DNA of 64,000 bases from Thermoanaerobaculia bacterium (GTDB lineage Bacteria > Acidobacteriota > Thermoanaerobaculia > Multivoradales > Multivoraceae): positions 6,304,001 to 6,368,000 of the forward strand of contig OY761158.1 in the NCBI GenBank assembly GCA_963664405.1. Reading direction: 5' to 3'. The notes under the pieces are model-generated. The model saw only the letters and a list, made by a program, of their open reading frames with translations, did no database searches and was not told where the DNA came from. Made by a program: the position numbers and the translations under genes. Of the stretch, positions 20,778 to 30,265 are shown piece by piece; within the stretch, counting starts at the first letter, position 1; the number at the start of each line of letters is the position of its first letter.

Positions 20778-21098
20778 ATGCCAAGGAGACCAACTGCCTC
20801 CCACCCGTCCGTCCAACGACTACTGCGGGAGCTGGGCGAGAACATCAGACTAGCTCGTCTCCGGCGAGGCTTCTCGATGCAGTTGGTCGCCGACCGTGTC
20901 GGTATCTCTCGCATGACTCTCCACTCCATAGAACGAGGGGAGGCCGGAGTAACGCTGGGGAACTACGCCAACGTGCTGCACAGCCTTGGACTCCACGAGG
21001 ATCTCCGACTCCTCGCGCGCGACGATGAGCTGGGTCGCAAACTGCAAGACGCGGAGCTCACAACCTCCAAACGAGCTCGAAAGACTCCTCTGTCGTGA
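20778..21098 (+). CDS. XRE-family HTH antitoxin (HipB-like)
   Basis: LGENIRLARLRR...ISRMTLHSIERG; overlaps hipA start (GTGA). Confidence 0.85.
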   Translation: MPRRPTASHPSVQRLLRELGENIRLARLRRGFSMQLVADRVGISRMTLHSIERGEAGVTLGNYANVLHSLGLHEDLRLLARDDELGRKLQDAELTTSKRARKTPLS

Positions 21099-22363
21099 GC
21101 CATCAGCGGCTCATCGAGGTGTGGGCGGACTGGGAAGGGCTGGCCGAGCCCACGCTCATGGGCCGCCTTCTTGCGACGCTTTCTCGCGGCAAGGAGATCT
21201 TCTCATTCGACTACGACAAGGAGTGGCTCGGCAGCGCGCAGCGAGCGCAGCTCGATCCCACTCTGGCACTCTACGCGGGACCCCAGTACCCGTCATCGGG
21301 CCAGGGCAACTTCGGCGTCTTCCTCGACTCATGCCCAGACCGATGGGGAAGAGTGCTGATGCTCCGCCGGGAAGCGCAACTTGCGCGCGAGGAAGGCCGG
21401 GAAGAGAGAAGATTGCTCGAATCCGACTACCTGCTAGGGGTGCACGACCGTCATCGCATGGGTGCTCTTCGATTCCGCGTCGAGGATCGCTTCCTCGACG
21501 ACAATGCCGAGCTAGCGTCGCCCCCTTGGACATCCCTCAGAGAACTCGAGCACGCGAGCCTGCAGCTCGAGCGAGAGGACGCAGCGCAATACGCCGACTA
21601 CAGTCGATGGCTACGCATGCTCATCGCGCCCGGCGGCTCTCTAGGCGGAGCTCGGCCAAAAGCCAGCGTCCTCGACGAGCAAGGTCATCTTTGGATAGCG
21701 AAGTTCCCGAGCCAACGCGACGACGAGGACATCGGCGCGTGGGAGAGCGTAATCCATGAGCTTGCCACCCACGCTGGTGTCTCCGTGCCTAAAACCCAAC
21801 TTCGTCGCTTCGGTTCGAGGGAGCATACGTTCCTGAGCAGACGGTTTGATCGGACGCGCGGGGGCAGACGTCTTCACTTCGCGTCGGCTATGACGCTGCT
21901 TGAAAGGCGGGAGGGTGACGACGCGCGCGACGGTGCCAGCTACCTCGAGCTCGCCGACCTGTTGATACGGAGGGGCGCTCGGACCGCCGCCGACCTTGAA
22001 GAGTTATGGCGACGGATCGTCTTCTTCGCGTGCGTTTCCAACACCGACGACCATCTACGCAATCACGGCTTCCTGCTCACTCCGACCGGCTGGACCCTAG
22101 CCCCGGCCTACGACATGAATCCAGACCCATATGGCGAAGGGTTGAGCCTCAATATTTCCGAGTCGGACAACGCCCAGGATCTGCAACTGGTTCTCGACGT
22201 GGCATCTGCATACCGAGTGAAGGCACAGCACGCGAAGAGAATCGTCGGAGAAGTGGTCGCCGCCGTAGGTCGCTGGCGACGAGTCGCCGACAACCTTGGA
22301 CTCTCAAGTGACGCACATGATCGTATGCGCCGGGCCTTTCGGGTCGCCGACAACGCGTTGTAG
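21095..22363 (+). CDS. hipA: HipA-family kinase toxin
   Basis: PDRWG, SLGGARPKA, IAKFP, RRFDR, NTDDHLRN, LAPAYD. Confidence 0.93.
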   Translation: MSHQRLIEVWADWEGLAEPTLMGRLLATLSRGKEIFSFDYDKEWLGSAQRAQLDPTLALYAGPQYPSSGQGNFGVFLDSCPDRWGRVLMLRREAQLAREEGREERRLLESDYLLGVHDRHRMGALRFRVEDRFLDDNAELASPPWTSLRELEHASLQLEREDAAQYADYSRWLRMLIAPGGSLGGARPKASVLDEQGHLWIAKFPSQRDDEDIGAWESVIHELATHAGVSVPKTQLRRFGSREHTFLSRRFDRTRGGRRLHFASAMTLLERREGDDARDGASYLELADLLIRRGARTAADLEELWRRIVFFACVSNTDDHLRNHGFLLTPTGWTLAPAYDMNPDPYGEGLSLNISESDNAQDLQLVLDVASAYRVKAQHAKRIVGEVVAAVGRWRRVADNLGLSSDAHDRMRRAFRVADNAL

Positions 22364-22373
22364 CTGGAGAAGA

Positions 22374-22418
22374 CCCGGCAGCCTACGGCTGCCAAGGTGC
22401 CAGCCGAACATTCTGCCC
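22374..22418 (-). repeat. 45-bp hairpin repeat R2, inverted partner of R1
   Basis: Reverse complement matches R1 at 44/45 positions. Confidence 0.88.
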
Positions 22419-22440
22419 GCACCTTCGACAGCGGCGGAAG

Positions 22441-23095
22441 GGTACTGTCAACTTGAGCCTAGGGCTGCCAGAGTCGGCTCATGGACAACAGCGCATCCAG
22501 CTACCGAGGCCATCGCTTCCCAGCCGAGATCATCGGTCATGCCGTCTGGCTGTATCACCGGTTCTGCCTGAGCTTCCGAGACGTCGAGGATCTCCTGGCA
22601 GAGCGCGGCATCACCGTCTCATACGAGACGATCCGTCAGTGGTGCAGGAAGTTCGGTGGTGAGTACGCGCGCACGCTGAAGCGCCGACAAGGCCGCCTCG
22701 GCGATACCTGGTACCTCGACGAGCTCTTCGTGACCATCCAGGGCAGGCGCAAGTATCTCTGGCGTGCCGTCGATCAGGACGGCGATGTGATCGACATCCT
22801 CGTGCAGCCACGCCGAGATCGAAAAGCAGCAGAACGCTTCTTCCGCGCGCTATTGAAGGGCCAAGGGGCAGAGCCGCTTCAAGTCACCCGGCCAAGCGCA
22901 GCGATTCCTCTCCGCTCACGCGGCCATCCAGAACCTGTTCCGCGTTGGACGGCACCTCGTCAACTCTGCCAACCACCGAACGCTCCGAGATCGCTCGTTC
23001 AGCGTGTGGCGGCAGGTGACGTGTGCCTGCTGAACTCGGAATGAACCGGCGATCGCGGTACAGAATCGCCTCTGCAGATCTAAGTTGACAGTGCC
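22441..23095 (+). mobile_element. IS6-family element with internally deleted, frameshifted transposase
   Basis: IRs GGTACTGTCAACTT / AAGTTGACAGTGCC; YRGHRFPAEII, WYLDE, LWRAVDQDG; deletion near 22885. Confidence 0.9.
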
Positions 23096-23212
23096 CTCTG
23101 CAGACACAGGCAGACGCAATTGCTTGATGCAACTGCTTGACCCTTGTAGTCCCCATGCGCTAGGTTGGAGCTCTCCCGAGCGGTCCCGTTTGAAACTACT
23201 GAGAATCCGAGG

Positions 23213-24514
23213 ATGAAAATTATGCGTTGCACAAATCTACTGTTTGCGGCGATGGCCGCTTTGTTGTTTTCAGCTGTCGCCAGCGCTCAGGAACAAGCGC
23301 CGTCACCGGATCAGGCTCCGATGATCCTCTCTTCGTTAGACACAGACGGCGACAAGAAGATTAGCGAGAGCGAAGCACAGGGTGGATTGAAGCAGAACTT
23401 TGCTCGCATCGACGGCAACGGCGACGGCGGGATCGACATCGAAGAGCTCACGACGATGCTCGAGATCGTAGCGGTACAGCGCGGTGGAGGCAGTTCTGCT
23501 GCTGCCACGAACGACTCGGCCTCGGATCCCACGCCCTCTTTCTCGCCTGTCTTCGACGCTCCTGCCTTCGATGCCTTGACGAAAAAAATCGAAGCACTCG
23601 ATACGTCGGGAAAACTCAGCAAAGCCGAGTCGATGCAGCTCTACCAAATGATGGCCAGTGCGATTGTCGAAGAGCAGACTCGCTTCTTTTCGGTCCGGCA
23701 AAACACGGTTCACGATTATCAGCGTCATATCTATGGACCCGATACTCTGCATGTCGTGACGGCGTTGAAATTAGGTACTGACGCCGAACTGATCAATACG
23801 ATGAAAGAGTACCTTCGCGTCGTCGAGGATCTTGGCGGCGAGGTCGTTTACATCGGCAAGTCGGTGAAGAACATGGGACTCGCGTCAAAGCAGCTTGCCG
23901 AGAGCCAGTGGGATGTGTTTGCCGTAATCCAGTTCGATGGCCGTCAGCAGTGGAATGAGCTGACCGCAAAAGGCGACTACAAGCAGATGCTCGCGTCGTT
24001 TGACGCAACCTATTCGATTGGCCTGGATCGCGACCCGCTCGAGAATTTCAGGATGCCGGCAAACCTGCTGTCGATGCGGATTCAACAATCGCTGAACAAC
24101 GATCCAAAGCGGCTTCCGTTCAAGCGGGTACCGGACGGATCGCCCGCCGCGAAACAACGGGAGCAGCAACTCACGCAGATGGTCGCTGACCATGAGGTCT
24201 ACAGCACCGACGCGATCGTGAACGTGAACTTCGTGAAATACGGCGATTCGGAACAGGCAGACGCGAATACGTCATACGGCAATGAGATGAGCAACCTGTA
24301 TGCCGAAGGCGGCCATGGCCCGGTGCACATGGGCAAAGCGATCAAGTTGGAAGGAGACGCGGAATTCGATCTGGTCGGCTTGGTCTACTACCCTGGACTG
24401 CAGTACTTCGCGGACATGGTGCAGAGCACGTTCTATACCGGCATTTACTCCAATAAGCAGCTGGGTGACACCCTGGTCTCGATAACTGTGCCGATCTTGC
24501 AGTTACTGCAATGA
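23213..24514 (+). CDS. Exported protein: N-terminal EF-hand pair + DUF1330-like domains
   Basis: Signal peptide; DTDGDKKISESE and DGNGDGGIDIEE; VNFVKY, FDLVGLVYYP. Confidence 0.7.
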   Translation: MKIMRCTNLLFAAMAALLFSAVASAQEQAPSPDQAPMILSSLDTDGDKKISESEAQGGLKQNFARIDGNGDGGIDIEELTTMLEIVAVQRGGGSSAAATNDSASDPTPSFSPVFDAPAFDALTKKIEALDTSGKLSKAESMQLYQMMASAIVEEQTRFFSVRQNTVHDYQRHIYGPDTLHVVTALKLGTDAELINTMKEYLRVVEDLGGEVVYIGKSVKNMGLASKQLAESQWDVFAVIQFDGRQQWNELTAKGDYKQMLASFDATYSIGLDRDPLENFRMPANLLSMRIQQSLNNDPKRLPFKRVPDGSPAAKQREQQLTQMVADHEVYSTDAIVNVNFVKYGDSEQADANTSYGNEMSNLYAEGGHGPVHMGKAIKLEGDAEFDLVGLVYYPGLQYFADMVQSTFYTGIYSNKQLGDTLVSITVPILQLLQ

Positions 24515-24766
24515 AGGGAAGCCAGAACCATATGAAACTACTCGAGCAGCTGTTGAACCTCCCTTACCCGCGCGGCGAAGACAAGGGGGCCGGACTACCG
24601 TGACCACCCGCCGTCCTCCCTCCGGCCGGCAAGGTGCCACCCGAACATTTTCGAGAGGGCGGAGAACCCGAAGAAGAGTTGACAACAACGGTCCCCTTCG
24701 GCGGGCCGGGATGCCACCCTGGCTTGGATCTCAGGGCATAATGCCACTGGAAGGAAGGTATCAGCG

Positions 24767-25576
24767 ATGAGCGATGAGTCGAGCCTGACCGGCTGGCGGA
24801 GTGGATTCGAGGAATGGGTGGAGTACGCCCAGCCGATGATGCGGGAAGGCCGCGGCAAGGAGGCCTTTCACAAGTACCCTTGGTTCACGACGGAGGGTGA
24901 TCCTTTCACTCGCCTCCAGAAGCCGGCATCAACGACCCGCTTTGGATTGCTGACGACCGGTGGCTACTCGATCGAAGGCGAGCAGGAGCCGATGCGCCCC
25001 CACCCCGCCTTCGGTGATGAGATCCCGCAGATCCGGCGGATACCCCTCGACGTCGATCGCTCCAAGCTACGGATCGACCACCGCGGATACGACCACCGTT
25101 TCGCGGAAGAGGACTTCAACGCCAATCTGCCGCTCGACCGGCTGGCAGAGCTGGTTGAGGACGGGACACTGGGCTCGCTGATGACGGAGACGCTCGTACT
25201 GATGGGATTGCAGCCGAACGTGGCGCCGCTCATCCGGGAGACGATTCCGGAGATCGTGGCATCTTTCAAGGCCGGTGGTGTTGAGGCGGCACTACTCGTT
25301 CCTTCGTGACCGGTCTGCCATCAGACCGTGAGTCTGATCGCAAGAGGGCTCGAGGACGCTGGAATCCCCACCGCACTTGTCAGCGTCATGCCAGGCCTGA
25401 GCAGCCCTAGCCGACCTCCTCGGCAGGTCGTTCGTCGGTTGAACATCGGCGCGACGGTGGGGCGACCGCACGACGTCGAGGGGCAGCGCTCGACCCTGAC
25501 CAGAATGGTCGCCATCATCGAGAACGCCGAAGCGTTCGGCGCCGTCGACAAGGACGAGAAGCCGAAGACCGCGTAG
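24767..25576 (+). CDS. Selenoprotein: glycine/betaine/proline reductase selenoprotein B (GrdB/PrdB)-like
   Basis: ORFs 24767-25309 and 25328-25576 are in frame. TGA 25307-25309 gives LLVPS-U-PVCHQTVSLIARGLEDAGIPT; hairpin ATCAGAC-CGTGA-GTCTGAT at 25320-25338. Confidence 0.92.
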
Positions 25577-25605
25577 CGCTCCTGTCTCTATCCCTGATGC
25601 AATTC

Positions 25606-25634
25606 TTGACCGCCTACCTGTGTCGGACTAGGCT
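25606..25634 (+). promoter_or_regulatory. Putative sigma70 promoter TTGACC-N17-TAGGCT
   Basis: Similar position to the 12763 promoter relative to the paralogous selenoprotein start. Confidence 0.45.
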
Positions 25635-25679
25635 GGCGGTCGAGACGAATCCAGCACACAGAATGAGAGGTACTCGACT

Positions 25680-26876
25680 ATGAATTCGTGGATCACAGGC
25701 AGTAGTCCACTCTACAGATTGACATTGCTCCTTCTGGGCGTCGCCCTGTTCGCGGGCGGCGCCGGTGCCGAGGACGGCTCGAAAGTGCGCGGGGCCCATG
25801 AAGGGTTGCCTGCCGACGAGAGGACCGACGACCTGGGAATTACGGTGACGAGGGCGCCGGTCAGCTCTCCCGGGCGGCGATACCCCGCTACCTTTGATTT
25901 CCCGACCGGCCCCGAAGTGGGGGAACGCCTGCCAGAGTTCTCACTCCCCAATCAGAGTGGAGAGCTGATCGACTTCCATCGGGATCGTGGTGACTCCCAG
26001 GCGATTGTTGTCTTCTACCGCTCCGTTGTTTGGTGACCGTACTGCCGCACGCAACTGGTCGAGTTGCACAACCGAATGGAAGATCTCGCTTCAGACAACG
26101 TCAAGGTCTATGGCATCAGCTACGACCCGCAATCAAGCCTCACAGACTTCGTGGATCAGTACGATCTGAGTTACGACCTCCTCTCTGATGTGGATTCGGA
26201 GGTGATCAAGAAGTTCGGCATTCTCAACACGCTGATCGCTCCGGAAGACTCGGAGAGAATGTACGGCCTGCCGTTCCCAGGCGTCTACGTAACAGATGAG
26301 TCGGGCGTGGTCACCGAGAAGTTCTTCTATCGCCACTACGCCAGCCGGGCCTCGGCCGGGTCGATCGTGGATTCGGCCTTGGGCGACGTGCTGATGCCGA
26401 AAGAAGCGCCCAACGAGTCTCTGCGTAACGATCAAGTCGAGATCACCGCGTTCTTGGCGGATGAGTCGTTGAAGTTCGAGGTTCGCAGCGTGCTCTATGT
26501 GCGCCTCGAGCTCGAAGAAGGCCTGCACGTCTACAGCGGCGACCTTCCGAAGGGCTATGTCGCAACCACAGTGAGCATCGACGAGACTCCAGGGTTGCGA
26601 GTCGGGACCCTTTCCTATCCAGCCACGAGGCCGAAGACCTTCGAGGCTCTGGGAGTGACGCTGGATGTCTACGAAGGTGTCGTCGAGATCGCGGTCCCGG
26701 TGTCATTGACCGCCGAGGTGATGAACTGGACCCTTCCGGACAAGCCCGAGGTCATGGAGATCCCGGTGAGGGTCGACTATCAGGCCTGTAGCGAGACGGT
26801 GTGTTACAGACCCAAGACGGAAACCCTGACCGTAAGTGCTCCCGTCAGCCCGCTTTCGATGCCGCGCCGCCGATAG
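25680..26876 (+). CDS. Selenoprotein: AhpC/TSA (UxxC) + DsbD-N-like fusion, paralogue of 12838-14067
   Basis: In-frame TGA 26034-26036 (W-U-PYC); SECIS-like hairpin 26051-26067; YQACSETVCY. Confidence 0.92.
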
Positions 26877-26884
26877 CACTTTAC

Positions 26885-26974
26885 GAGCACGCTGAGTTGA
26901 TGGCGACCGTGTCGCCCCCAAGCGCTCACCTCGATAAGAGGGTGGACCCTGTGAGCGAAGCGGCACCTGGCCCT
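26885..26974 (+). repeat. About 90-bp direct repeat A (second copy 28128-28218)
   Basis: GAGCACGCTGAGTTGATGGCGACCGTGTCG...GGCACCTGGCCCT, near identical in both copies. Confidence 0.9.
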
Positions 26975-26987
26975 GAAGGGGGAGCGG

Positions 26988-27380
26988 TCAGAGAGGGTAG
27001 AGCGGGAGCTTCAGCCGGCGCGCGTTGTCGCGCATCCTGCGATCGTAGGTGGCCAGCCTCACCGGCGCTCCGGAAGCCCTCAGGAACTCGACGGTTGCCA
27101 GGTGCAGCGCGTCGAGGGTCCGCAGCGGCCGAGGAAACGGGTCGAGCGCCCGGGTCAGAACGACCGGCGAGAGCTCGACCAGGTCGACGCCGTCGAGCAG
27201 CGTTCGCGCCGCGTCGCCATGGGACGCGGCAAAGCCGCGGGCATGGAGCATGGTCCACATTTCGTACTGAATCAGCCGGCTCGAGGTCAGCGGCTCGCGC
27301 CAGAGCGCCTCGGGCGGGCACTCGTCCTCGCTCAGGAGGTGTGCGAGCGCCGCCGACGCATCCAGGTACACTCGTGTCAC
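26988..27380 (-). CDS. vapC: VapC PIN-domain toxin
   Basis: VYLDASA, LRTLDALHLAT, TYDRR. Confidence 0.9.
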   Translation of the reverse strand: MTRVYLDASAALAHLLSEDECPPEALWREPLTSSRLIQYEMWTMLHARGFAASHGDAARTLLDGVDLVELSPVVLTRALDPFPRPLRTLDALHLATVEFLRASGAPVRLATYDRRMRDNARRLKLPLYPL

Positions 27381-27670
27381 ACCCGGTCCGCCCGCTCCTC
27401 CTCGAGCCAGTCGAGGATCGTGGTCAGTGGGGCGACCGGCGCCCTCGGTGGCGGCGCGCCAAGGCGCGCGCGGGCCGGAGTCACGAAGCCGTTGCGTACC
27501 AGCTCGGCGATGACGGCGTCCGCGACCGCCGGACTTCGAGCGGCATCAGGTGGTCGCAGCTCGGCCACGACACGCTCCCGATCGGTCACCAGGATCGTCT
27601 CCCCACCGGCGGCGAGGCGAACATACTCGCTCAGCTTGTTCTTGAGTACCTTGAGCCCGACCGCACGCAT
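27377..27670 (-). CDS. Phd/YefM-family antitoxin
   Basis: LKNKLSEYVRLAAGGETILVTDR; coupled to vapC. Confidence 0.88.
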   Translation of the reverse strand: MRAVGLKVLKNKLSEYVRLAAGGETILVTDRERVVAELRPPDAARSPAVADAVIAELVRNGFVTPARARLGAPPPRAPVAPLTTILDWLEEERADRV

Positions 27671-27793
27671 CGCCACAAAGTAGCTTCAAGAAGCTACTTT
27701 GTCAACTGCCGCACAGACGAGTCCCACCCGGTTCAGGGGCACGCGCCACGGTGTGGGGTGGGACGCGCACCCCGATGTTCCCATCTCGCATAC

Positions 27794-28037
27794 GAGAGCG
27801 CTCGTTCTCGAGCTACGGTGCAGGGCTAGTCGGCAAAGCAACAATGCAAGGCGCTACCCGAAGAAGATGTCGGAAAGAGATAGAGCCCGACTCCCTCTTC
27901 AGACAGCGGCAGGCCTGCCGAAGAGCCCTGCACTTGGTGGAGGCGCTGCTTCGCGCTCGACCCGGTCTTGCGCTAACGCTTCAGGAGCGCGCCTTTTCGT
28001 CCCCGATTTGGGTGATTCCGCGGTAAAGCGTGGGCTC
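27794..28037 (+). repeat. About 245-bp direct repeat B (second copy 28995-29239), ending in a DUF3604 3' tail
   Basis: Starts GAGAGCGCTCGTTCTCGAGCTACGG; last ~70 bp encode RPGLALTLQERAFSSPIWVIPR*. Confidence 0.88.
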
Positions 28038-28302
28038 CCGGCAGCCTTGGGCTGCCATTGGTGCCACCCGAATATTCCAAGGAATCCTGGCTCCATCTAA
28101 GTCAAATGATGTCAAAATCTTACCGGTGAGCACGCTGAGTTGATGGCGACCGTGTCGCCCCCAAGCGCTCCCCTCGATAAGAGGGTGGAACCCTGTGAGC
28201 GAAGCGGCACCTGGCCCTCCGGGCTGACCGCTCGGCTGCAAATCCCTACCCGAATGGAGGGCAGAAAGTTCGGCTGGCACCTTGGCAGGGCTCAGCGTTC
28301 CT

Positions 28303-28542
28303 CTAGAAGGTCGCGAGGATCTTGTCTCGCGAGTCTCCCTTGTGCGCCGCTACGGACCTCAGGATCGCGTTCAGCGTGCCCACCCGGAGGACCTGGTGGG
28401 CGGGCACCACGATACGTTGGCGTGAAGGCTCGTCGGTCTCCAAGATTACGTGGCTACCTACCTGGTGGACGCGGCGATAGTCCCAGTGCTTGCAGAGCGC
28501 TCGGATCAGACGCTCCCCGCTGAGATCCCGCGGGAGCTTCAT
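28303..28542 (-). CDS. hicA: HicA-family mRNA interferase toxin
   Basis: MKLPRDLSG...HQVGSHVIL...VPAH...GTLNAIL. Confidence 0.88.
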   Translation of the reverse strand: MKLPRDLSGERLIRALCKHWDYRRVHQVGSHVILETDEPSRQRIVVPAHQVLRVGTLNAILRSVAAHKGDSRDKILATF

Positions 28543-28748
28543 CCAGTTGCGAGCACTTCGTCGCGCACGAGATGAAGTCGGATCGAGGTGGGGCACTTCG
28601 ACTCATCGAAGAAGGCACTCACGGCCTCGCGGGCGTTGCGCCGGAGTTCTTCCTAGCTGTCGGCTTGAGTGAAGATCGGTTCCGTCAGACACTCAGCGAC
28701 GAAGCCGCCATCTCCCTCCTGGGTCACCTCGAATACCAACTCGTTCAT
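28539..28748 (-). pseudogene. HicB-like antitoxin with internal TAG (28653-28655)
   Basis: MNELVFEVTQEGDGGFVAECLTEPIFTQADS*EELRRNAREAV...; ATGA overlap with hicA. Confidence 0.8.
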
Positions 28749-28909
28749 CGGGAGCATTGTATCGGAGTCCAGAGGTCCGAATGATGAGGGGGATGAGAAA
28801 CGTGGAGGTGTACCAACAGAAGATCCCCGATTCTCTCCTCTGGTTCTTCGCATCGACCCGGCTGAAACCTGCACCTGAATCTGCCAAGTTGAGCGGCCCA
28901 ATCCGCCCA

Positions 28910-28954
28910 GGTGTTCAAAATAGCGATACTTGGGGTGTTCAAAATAGGGTTACA
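28910..28954. mobile_element. Orphan IS21-like terminus
   Basis: Two GGTGTTCAAAATAG repeats (28910, 28934) followed by terminal ...TTACA. Confidence 0.5.
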
Positions 28955-29243
28955 TGGGGATACCAGCGCGCAGGTAGCCCCAGCGGGATCTTGGGAGAGC
29001 GCTCGTTCTCGAGCTACGGTGCAGGGCTAGTCGGCAAAGCAACGATGCAAGGCGCTACCCGAGAAGATGTCGGAAAGAGAAAGAGCCCGACTCCCTCTGC
29101 AGACAGCGGCAGGCCTGCCGAAGAGCCCTGCATTTGGTGGGGGCGTGGCTTCGAGCTCGGCCCCCGTCTTGCGCTAACCCCTTCAGGAGCGCGCCTTTTC
29201 GTCCCCGATTTGAGTGATTCCGCGGTAAAGCGTGGGCTCTGGG

Positions 29244-30182
29244 TCAGCGCATCTTCGAACCGGCACCCACGCTTGACTCGGGCAGAGTCGGCACTGTGAT
29301 CGGGCCGCAGTGCCGGGCTATCGACGCCGCCTTGTGCTTGTGGATGTTTCTGAAGTCGGAGGACCGGGCGATCTCGCTGAAGACGTGAAAGCTGGGGTAG
29401 CGCACGATGTTGAGGCGCGCCACTGCGGTCTCACGATGTAAAGCGTCGGCAGAGTTGAGGGCGGCGGGCACGTTGTCGGCAATGATGATCTCACGGTCCA
29501 AGTGGGCCAGCTCGCCACCGCCCATGTAGCGTGCGTAGGCCTCGAGGCCGGTCGATCCGGGGTGCGAGCCGTCGGCGTATTGTGCCTTCTCGCGAATCTC
29601 GAGGAGGTTCATCACATAGATCATGGTGTCGGTGGGGTCGTCTGGGCGTGACTGCCGCGTCGCTGCGGTAGGTCGCGCCGGCACGCCCACCACTACGTGC
29701 TCGTTCGCCACTGCGGCCTCTCGATGTACGTACGCCGCCTTCCGTAACGCGCTGCCCTCTACTTTCTCCCACGCACGCCAGCTCGGGTAGTGCTTCACCA
29801 CGGTGACGTCCCAGTCGCAGTCGGGTCTGCTGCCCCAGCCCAAGACGTTGTTGACGAGCAAGGTCTTGACACCGGCCTTCTCTTCGACCGCGGCGAGGGT
29901 GGAGAGATAGGCCTGGTAGGCGCCTACCGGAGTCTTCAGCTGAGCGACCGTTGCCGCGCCCGGGTAGGCGACGCTCTTTCGCAGCTTCACTTTCTCCAGG
30001 CGGTGGAAGACGCCGTCGCCGTGATGCTCGACCAGACGCGCGCCCAGCTCGGTCCGGGGTGCGTCCTGCGCCACCGCCGCACCGCCAACGGCTGCTGCAG
30101 AAGGTAGCAGAACCGCGGCGATCGCAGCCATCAAACCGAATTTAGGACACATACGAACGGGGGCCCATTGATTGAATCTCAT
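29244..30182 (-). CDS. Exported tandem DUF1330-like protein, paralogue of 61720-62622
   Basis: Signal peptide; CDWDVTVVKHYPS, VMNLLEIRE, LNIVRYPS. Confidence 0.7.
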   Translation of the reverse strand: MRFNQWAPVRMCPKFGLMAAIAAVLLPSAAAVGGAAVAQDAPRTELGARLVEHHGDGVFHRLEKVKLRKSVAYPGAATVAQLKTPVGAYQAYLSTLAAVEEKAGVKTLLVNNVLGWGSRPDCDWDVTVVKHYPSWRAWEKVEGSALRKAAYVHREAAVANEHVVVGVPARPTAATRQSRPDDPTDTMIYVMNLLEIREKAQYADGSHPGSTGLEAYARYMGGGELAHLDREIIIADNVPAALNSADALHRETAVARLNIVRYPSFHVFSEIARSSDFRNIHKHKAASIARHCGPITVPTLPESSVGAGSKMR

Positions 30183-30265
30183 CGCAATTCCTCGCTATTT
30201 CGTCTTGAACGTTTCGTGGTGACTCTCACTCCGAGAGCCTGCTTCTTGGCTTAGCTGTGAACTAA

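Noticed and set aside
26801-27829. 342-aa Arg/Ala-rich ORF
   Set aside because: Overlaps vapC/antitoxin on the opposite strand; low-complexity composition
27790-27955. Degenerate GxxExxY-like gene within repeat B
   Set aside because: Only faint similarity (YE-ALVLEL) needing several frameshifts; cannot be supported without a search
28653-28655. Pyrrolysine at the hicB TAG
   Set aside because: No pyl genes in the window; a single TGG>TAG change is simpler
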